From contig DASRHP010000009.1 of the NCBI GenBank assembly GCA_035650475.1, positions 174,545 to 238,544 of the forward strand: a stretch of DNA of 64,000 nucleotides. Reading direction: 5' to 3'. Positions 55,343 through 64,000 of the stretch are shown in pieces. Below the pieces are notes generated by a model. The model was not told the origin of the DNA and did no database searches. It saw only the letters and a program-made list of their open reading frames with translations. A program made the translations under genes and the position numbers. Position 1 is the first letter of the stretch. Each line of letters opens with the position of its first letter. The stretch comes from Candidatus Binataceae bacterium. GTDB taxonomy: Bacteria > Desulfobacterota > Binatia > Binatales > Binataceae.

Positions 55343-56218
55343 ATGGATATCGGCAAATACGGAGTGTGGTTCTTTTACGACGGGATGAGCGCGGAGCAGA
55401 GCGTGGCGTTCGCCCAGAAGGTCGAAAAGGCTGGCTACGGCGCGCTCTGGATCCCTGAGGCGGTCGGGCGCGAGCCCTTCGCGCACGCGGCCTATCTTGC
55501 CGCGCACACCGAGCGGCTGGTCTTCGCCACCGGGATCGCCAACATCTACGCGCGCGACGCGGTGACGATGGCGGCGGCGTCCAAGACCGTGGCTGAACTT
55601 TCGGGCGGCCGTTTCCTGCTCGGCATCGGTGTCAGCCACAAGCCGCTGGTGAGCAATTTGCGCGGCCACAGCTACGACAAGCCATACAGCTACATGCGCG
55701 AGTACCTGCCGCGGATGAAGAGTGCGCTATACCGCGCGCCCGAACCCAAGGAGCGCGTGCCGGTCGTGCTCGCCGCGCTGCATCCCAAGATGCTCGCGCT
55801 ATGCGCCGCCGAGGCCGACGGCACCCATACCTACTTTGTGCCGCCCGAGCATACCCAGAAGGCGCGCGCCGCGATTGGGCCCAAGCCGATGATTTGCGTC
55901 GAGCAGGCAGTGGTCCTTTCCACCGACGCGGCCAAGGCGCGCGCCACCGCCCGCGAGTACATGAAGACCTACGTGCCGCGGCTGCCCAACTACACCAAGA
56001 ACCTCAAGAACCTGGGCTTCGCTGACAAGGAATTCGAGAACGGATGCAGCGACCGGCTGGTCGATGCGATCGTCGCCTGGGGCACCGAGACTCAGATCCG
56101 CGACCGCGTCGAGGCCCATCTCAAGGCCGGCGCAACTCACGTCTGTATCCAGCCGCTGAGCACCGAGAGCGCCACGATGCCCGACGAGCGTGCGATGCAG
56201 GCGCTGGCGCCGCGGTAG
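55343..56218 (+). CDS. LLM-class F420-dependent oxidoreductase
   Basis: AGAGGAG RBS; LWIPEAVGREPF…GIGVSH signature. Confidence 0.8.
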   Translation: MDIGKYGVWFFYDGMSAEQSVAFAQKVEKAGYGALWIPEAVGREPFAHAAYLAAHTERLVFATGIANIYARDAVTMAAASKTVAELSGGRFLLGIGVSHKPLVSNLRGHSYDKPYSYMREYLPRMKSALYRAPEPKERVPVVLAALHPKMLALCAAEADGTHTYFVPPEHTQKARAAIGPKPMICVEQAVVLSTDAAKARATAREYMKTYVPRLPNYTKNLKNLGFADKEFENGCSDRLVDAIVAWGTETQIRDRVEAHLKAGATHVCIQPLSTESATMPDERAMQALAPR

Positions 56219-56224
56219 TGCGCG

Positions 56225-56530
56225 ATGCGGCCGGGCTGGGCCGCCGTGGCCTTCGCCGCGCTGGCGCTGGGCGCGCCGCTGGTGCTCGGATGCGGGCCGT
56301 CGGCCGAGGACAGCGCGGTCCAGGCCGAGGCGGCGGCCGCCCAGGCCCGGGCCGCGGCGGCCAATGCGCAGGCCGCCGCGCTCAAGGCGCGAGCGCAGGC
56401 GCTTGACGCCCAGCGGCGCGCCGACCATGCGGCGGAATTGTTCAGGGCCGCGGCGGCCGAGTTCGACGACGCGGCGCGAAAACTCGCCCAGCACCAGCGC
56501 GAGTTGCAGCAGAACGACGAGCAAAAGTAA
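56225..56530 (+). CDS. hypothetical Ala-rich coiled-coil lipoprotein
   Basis: LGC lipobox after the signal peptide; low-complexity A/Q-rich body; weak support. Confidence 0.4.
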   Translation: MRPGWAAVAFAALALGAPLVLGCGPSAEDSAVQAEAAAAQARAAAANAQAAALKARAQALDAQRRADHAAELFRAAAAEFDDAARKLAQHQRELQQNDEQK

Positions 56531-56593
56531 CGAGCAGAACCCCGCGGCGCGCGGCGCCGACATTTGGCCAACCGGGAAAGGACGGGCGTAGCG

Positions 56594-57238
56594 ATGAAGC
56601 TCTACAACATGAACCTCTCCAACTTTGCCACCAAGTCGCGCATCGCGATCTACGACAAGGGGCTCAACATCGAGATCGCGCCGGTCCCCGGCGGCAATCT
56701 GAAATCGCCCGAGTACCTCAAGATCAATCCGCTCGGCAAAATCCCCGCGCTCGACGCCGACGGCATGATCATCGCCGAGTCCGAGGTCATCAACGAGTAC
56801 CTCGAAGACAAATTTCCCAGCCCTCCGCTGCTGCCCAAGTCGCCCGAAGGACGTGCACGGGTGCGCGAGTTCACCCGCTTCCATGACCTTTACCTCGAGC
56901 CGCCGCTGCGCGCGCTGTTCGGCCAGCTCAATCCCAAAAGTCGCGACGAGAAGGTGGTCAACGAGCGGCTGACCGAGTTCAACCAGCGCCTCGACCAGCT
57001 CGAAGCGATGCTTGCGCCGAGCGGCTTCGCCAGCGGCCCCGACTTCACGCTGGCCGACTGCGCGCTGGCGCCGACGATGTTCTTCGCGACCAACATGCTG
57101 CCCGGCTTCGGCGCCAAACCGCCGCTGGAAGGGCGGCCCAGGCTCGCCGCCTGGTGGGCGCACGTGCAGACGCGCCCGTCGGTCAAGAAGGCGCTGGACG
57201 AGATGGCCGAGGCGCTCGCCGCGATGATGAAGCGCTAG
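56594..57238 (+). CDS. glutathione S-transferase
   Basis: N-terminal thioredoxin-like GST domain (MKLYNMNLSNFATKSRIAIY…KIPALD…ESEVINEYL). Confidence 0.8.
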   Translation: MKLYNMNLSNFATKSRIAIYDKGLNIEIAPVPGGNLKSPEYLKINPLGKIPALDADGMIIAESEVINEYLEDKFPSPPLLPKSPEGRARVREFTRFHDLYLEPPLRALFGQLNPKSRDEKVVNERLTEFNQRLDQLEAMLAPSGFASGPDFTLADCALAPTMFFATNMLPGFGAKPPLEGRPRLAAWWAHVQTRPSVKKALDEMAEALAAMMKR

Positions 57239-57266
57239 GCGAGGCGCGCAAGCGGGGTCGAAACAC

Positions 57267-58337
57267 CTAGCGCGCCGGCGCGGCGGCGCGCGCCTTGGGC
57301 TGCTCCGCCGCGCGTGCCTTGCGCCGAAAGTGTGGGATCACTTCCCTGGCGAACAGGCGCATGCTCGCGCGCACCTTTTTCGGATCCAGCCCCGGCAGCG
57401 ACATCCCGAGCGCAAGATGGGTATGCCCGGTGTAGCGCTCGAGCATCTCGATCGCGTCGTCGGGGCTCCCGATGATCAGCGGCTCGCCCAGAAAACGCGT
57501 GTCGTTGAGCTTGCGCAACTCGCCCACCGGCGGGACCTGCGCGAACCGCTCGTCGCCCGGGACGTCGGCCGCCTCCGCGATCCACTGCCCGTACTTTGCC
57601 ATCAGGTGATGGATCGCGTACTCGGCGTCGTCCCACGCGCGGTCACGGCGCGGCGCGATATAGCCGAAGCGCAGCTGGGCGATGTTGAAATGGTCGGGGT
57701 CGCGGCCGGCGGCGCGCAGCGCCTCCTTGTAAATCTCGGCCTGGCGCGGACCGGTGCCCGCCAGATGGTAGCCGTTGCGCGCGGCGCGCTCGGTCGCGCT
57801 GCGGCTGCGCGCGCCGATCCAGATCGGAATATGCGGCTGTTGCGCGGCTTTGGGATACAGCGTCGCGTTGCGCACGGTGTAGTGTTTGCCCTCGAACGTC
57901 ACGTTGTCCTCGGTGAACAGGCGCCGGATTATCGCGACCCCCTCGCGCAGGCGCGCGGCGCGCTCGTTGCGCGGGACGTTGAAGCCGTCGAATTCCTGCG
58001 GCCGGTAACCTTGGCCCAGCCCGAGGTCCAAGCGCCCGCCCGACAGCACATCGACGGTCGCCGCCGATTCGGCCACGTGCAGCGGGTGGTGCAGCGGCAT
58101 CAGCAAGACGAAGGTCCCGATGCGGATTTTCCTCGTGCGTGTGGCGATCGCCGCCGCCAGTGGAAGCATCGCCGGCGAGTAACCGTCCTCGACGAAGTGA
58201 TGCTCGGTCAGCCAGATGGTGTCGTAGCCCATCTCCTCGGCCTCGACCGCGAGGTCCACGTGGCGGCGATAAAGCTCCGAGTAGGAGAGTTCATTGCGGT
58301 CGGAATTGCGGAAGGATTCGAGCAGCCCGAAGTTCAT
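57267..58337 (-). CDS. LLM-class flavin/F420-dependent oxidoreductase
   Basis: IWLTEHHF…LGLGQGY signature. Confidence 0.8.
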   Translation of the reverse strand: MNFGLLESFRNSDRNELSYSELYRRHVDLAVEAEEMGYDTIWLTEHHFVEDGYSPAMLPLAAAIATRTRKIRIGTFVLLMPLHHPLHVAESAATVDVLSGGRLDLGLGQGYRPQEFDGFNVPRNERAARLREGVAIIRRLFTEDNVTFEGKHYTVRNATLYPKAAQQPHIPIWIGARSRSATERAARNGYHLAGTGPRQAEIYKEALRAAGRDPDHFNIAQLRFGYIAPRRDRAWDDAEYAIHHLMAKYGQWIAEAADVPGDERFAQVPPVGELRKLNDTRFLGEPLIIGSPDDAIEMLERYTGHTHLALGMSLPGLDPKKVRASMRLFAREVIPHFRRKARAAEQPKARAAAPAR

Positions 58338-58468
58338 CTCGCTCCTCCTTGGCGATGCGGCCGGGGCGCGCCGATTTCATCGGCACAATACCGCGAAGGC
58401 GCAACTATGCGTCAACAGCTTGCGCATTGCGGAGTCGCCGCCATCCGCGCGATAAATAAACAGCCGCC

Positions 58469-59500
58469 GTGAAGCTCTCGGTAATCGATCAGTCGCCGGT
58501 CTCCGCCGGATTCACTCCGGCCGCCGCGCTGCGCAACTCGATCGAACTCGCCCGTCTGGCCGACCGCCTCGGCTACGAGCGCTACTGGATCGCCGAGCAT
58601 CACGCGATCGAGGCGCTCGCGAGCCCGGCGCCGGAAATCCTCATCACGCGCGTTGCCGCCGAAACCTCGGGCATCCGGGTCGGCTCGGGTGGCGTGATGC
58701 TGCCCCATTACAGCCCGCTGAAGGTGGCCGAGGTCTTCCGGATGCTGCATGCGATGTATCCGGGGCGGATCGATCTCGGGCTGGGGCGCGCCCCGGGCGG
58801 CACAGCGCTCGATTCCTACGCGCTCCAGCGCGACCGCAGCCAGCAGCGCACGGTGGACGACTTTCCCCAGCAGCTCGTCGAGCTGCTGGCCTTCCTGGGC
58901 CGCGATTTCCCGCCGCGCCATCCGTTCAGCCGCATCCACGTCTCGCCCGACATGCCCGGCGCGCCCGAGGTCTGGCTGCTCGGCTCGAGCCCGTGGAGCG
59001 CCTCGGCGGCGGCGCAGCTCGGATTGCCGTACGCCTTCGCGCACTTCATCGATCCCCATCCGACACGCACCGCGCTCGAGCATTACTTCGCCCGCTTCAC
59101 GCCGTCAAAGTATCTGCCGGTGCCGCGCGCGATCCTTGCGCTGGGCGTGGTCTGCGCCGAGACGCGGGCCGAGGCCGAGCGGCTGCTGATGAGCGCGCGC
59201 CTGTTCCGCCGCCGTATCCGCCAGGGCGATGTCCGTCCGATTCCGACCCCGGAGGAGGCAATCGCGGAGTTGGGCGCGGAGCCGCGGCCGGCGGCGAGCG
59301 AGTCCGGCGAATGGCCGCGTTACGTAGTCGGCGCGCCCGAGGCGGTGCGCGACCAGTTGATAGACATGGCGAGCGTGCTGCGCGTGGAGGAGCTGATGGT
59401 GGTGACGGTCGTGCACGACCATCGTGCCCGCATGCGCTCCTATGAGCTGCTCGCTGAGGCCTTCAGCCTCCCGCCGCGTCCGCCGCGCGTCCAACGATGA
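58469..59500 (+). CDS. LLM-class flavin-dependent oxidoreductase (MsnO8/YhbW-like)
   Basis: MKLSVIDQSPV…YWIAEHH…GLGRAPG signature; GTG start. Confidence 0.8.
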   Translation: MKLSVIDQSPVSAGFTPAAALRNSIELARLADRLGYERYWIAEHHAIEALASPAPEILITRVAAETSGIRVGSGGVMLPHYSPLKVAEVFRMLHAMYPGRIDLGLGRAPGGTALDSYALQRDRSQQRTVDDFPQQLVELLAFLGRDFPPRHPFSRIHVSPDMPGAPEVWLLGSSPWSASAAAQLGLPYAFAHFIDPHPTRTALEHYFARFTPSKYLPVPRAILALGVVCAETRAEAERLLMSARLFRRRIRQGDVRPIPTPEEAIAELGAEPRPAASESGEWPRYVVGAPEAVRDQLIDMASVLRVEELMVVTVVHDHRARMRSYELLAEAFSLPPRPPRVQR

Positions 59501-59621
59501 CTGCTGCGCAAATTAAAATTCCCGTTCCTCTTTTCCCCCGGGGAAGGCGTCAGGCCGCGGTGCGGCTTTCGCCGCCACCACCAGGCACGTCTCTGAAACT
59601 CCCAGCGCAGGAGGCCACCCC

Positions 59622-60380
59622 ATGAGCACGTCCGCCAAAGTCGCGATCGTAACCGGCGCCGGCACCGGGATCGGTAAGGCCAGCGCGCTCGCCCTGATGC
59701 GCGAAGGATACGCGGTCGCGCTGGCCGGGCGCCGCAAGGAGCCGCTCGAGGCGACCGCCGAGCAGGCGAAGGCGATCGGGGCCTCCGCGCTGGTCGTTCC
59801 CGCCGACGTAAGCGATGCCGCCTCGGTCAAGGCGCTCTTCGCGGGCACGGTCGAGGCTTTTGGGCGCGTTGACCTGTTGTTCAACAACGCCGGCATCGGC
59901 GCGCCCGCGATTCCGCTCGAAGATCTGACCGTGGAGCAATGGAAAAAGGTCGTCGATATAAACCTGACCGGCGCGTTCCTGTGCACGCAGGAGGCGTTCC
60001 GCGTGATGAAAGGCCAGAATCCGCGTGGCGGACGGATCATCAACAACGGCTCGATCTCCGCTCACGCGCCGCGTCCGAACTCCGCCCCCTACACCGCGAC
60101 CAAGCATGCGATGACGGGGCTGACCAAATCGACCTCGCTCGATGGGCGCAAGTACAACATCGCCTGCGGCCAGATCGATATCGGCAACGCAGCGACCGAG
60201 ATGACGGCGCGGATGGCGCGCGGCGTGCCGCAGGCCAACGGCGCGATCGCGGCCGAGCCGACCTTCGCCGTCGAGCACGTCGCGCGCGCGGTGGTCTATA
60301 TGGCGAGCCTGCCGCTGGAGGCCAACGTGCAGTTCATCACTGTGATGGCGACCGCGATGCCCTTCATCGGCCGCGGCTGA
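59622..60380 (+). CDS. SDR-family oxidoreductase
   Basis: [14 protein letters not shown] Rossmann motif; NNAG; YxxxK (YTATK); GGAGG RBS. Confidence 0.88.
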   Translation: MSTSAKVAIVTGAGTGIGKASALALMREGYAVALAGRRKEPLEATAEQAKAIGASALVVPADVSDAASVKALFAGTVEAFGRVDLLFNNAGIGAPAIPLEDLTVEQWKKVVDINLTGAFLCTQEAFRVMKGQNPRGGRIINNGSISAHAPRPNSAPYTATKHAMTGLTKSTSLDGRKYNIACGQIDIGNAATEMTARMARGVPQANGAIAAEPTFAVEHVARAVVYMASLPLEANVQFITVMATAMPFIGRG

Positions 60381-60918
60381 GGTTTGCGTCGACGACCGCC
60401 TGACTTCCGTCCCCTTCCCTGAAGGAGGGTGCCGCGCGAGGGGTCAAGGCGTCTTCCGCGTAGGGGCGGTTCGCGAACGGTCCCTACGCAGAGATCACAG
60501 CGCTTGTGCGCGGCCCAATGCGCGAGGTGCGCTGGGCAGTCGCCGCACTTGCACCCTCCTCCGCTCGTGACGCGGGCAAGGGGTCAGAGCGGAGGCAACA
60601 CTCCTCAATAATTCGGGGGGCCGGGCGTTTGCCCGACCCCCCTACCGCCTCCACATCCGCAACCCCACACCACGCCTGAGCGGGGCCGCTCACCTCATCG
60701 CCATCCGCACCTCGTCACGCTCGCCCGCTAAACCAGACCCCGGAGGAGTCCACCGCCTCTCTCGCCGCCGCCAAGCGCCTCTCCCGGACGCGCCCGCCGA
60801 TCGCGCCGCTCCGCTAAGCGCGCCCAATCGCCTGTCCTGCCGTTCCCCCTCCTGCCAAGCTTTTCCGCCGCCAGCCCCCGCGCCCTTCACTCCCCCGGGG
60901 TCTTCCGACCTGCTCGGT

Positions 60919-63753
<2,835 letters not shown>

Positions 63754-63922
63754 CTCCTCCACCTCCCCGGCTGCCCTGCGCCTCGGCTGGAACGCAAATT
63801 ACTCCGGTTCGTGGTTGTGTCAAGGACCACACCCCAAGATATTGTATAGGATAACTTGTGGACAACCTATAGAAAGGGCTGTTAGTAAGTCTTCGTACTA
63901 ATTTCGCCTCTATAGGAATGCC

Positions 63923-64000
63923 TTATTCTTCAAGCACATACTCGATGAGGGCTTTGATTGTCGGCCTGTTGATGAACGATCTGATTTTTCTGCCGTCATT
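63923..64000 (-). CDS. 3' end of an unidentified ORF running off the window edge, in AT-rich DNA
   Basis: Minus-strand translation ...NDGRKIRSFINRPTIKALIEYVLEE* with TAA stop at 63923-63925; local GC ~40% versus ~69% background. Confidence 0.3.
   Translation of the reverse strand, partial: NDGRKIRSFINRPTIKALIEYVLEE

Noticed and set aside
60429-60611. 60-aa Arg/Cys-rich ORF with an adjacent GAAGGAGG
   Set aside because: The start codon directly abuts the Shine-Dalgarno-like sequence, the composition matches a GC-frame artefact, and the region is better explained as structured non-coding DNA.
63763-63900. NrdR boxes upstream of nrdJ
   Set aside because: I could not align a convincing 16-bp NrdR palindrome (acaCwAtATaTwGtgt); only loose TATAG-containing motifs are present. 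Left as a low-confidence note in findings.

Overview
This is a high-GC (~68-70%) bacterial chromosomal segment. It is dense with housekeeping and metabolic genes on both strands, and has no rRNA, tRNA or CRISPR. Taxonomy is unknown; the many F420/LLM enzymes suggest an actinobacterial- or Binatia/deltaproteobacterial-like lineage.

Genes I am confident of, in order:
- Two CoA-transferase family III genes, a dienelactone hydrolase, ileS-lspA, and a phosphotriesterase-family gene.
- An excisionase-type HTH gene divergent from an MMPL/RND transporter.
- A minus-strand operon (LLM oxidoreductase, small protein, SDR remnant, MaoC hydratase, aroC, aroK, aroB).
- Fe-ADH, an L,D-transpeptidase, two tandem flavin reductases, GT2, a small His/Lys-rich secreted protein, a TPR protein, and a D-Ala-D-Ala carboxypeptidase.
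- The conserved LPS/sigma-54 cluster kdsB-pyrG-kdsA-lptC-lptA-rpoN-hpf-ptsN-rapZ, with lptB absent.
- A DedA-like protein, acyl-CoA dehydrogenase, methyltransferase, VOC, cbiA and hemQ.
- A minus-strand propionyl-CoA/methylmalonyl-CoA operon (pccB, biotin carboxylase, BCCP, mutase large subunit) followed by pdaD and a small SelW/Rdx-like ORF with an in-frame TGA.
- A cluster of five luciferase-like (LLM) oxidoreductases with a P450, an enoyl-CoA hydratase, a GST and an SDR.
- A class II B12-dependent ribonucleotide reductase (nrdJ).

The most unusual items:
- A ~2.3 kb low-GC insertion (34195-36527) on the minus strand. It encodes a secreted protein with three Ig-like repeats and Pro-Thr linkers and an unrecognised Cys-rich C-terminal domain, and it sits between two MaoC double-hotdog paralogs.
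- A selenoprotein candidate (SelW-like, CxxU motif) with a SECIS-like hairpin.
- An in-frame-deleted SDR remnant and a frameshifted SnoaL-like gene.
- A heavily structured ~540 bp region between two convergent genes, containing a long C-rich/G-poor (rut-like) tract.
- An AT-rich edge at the window end.
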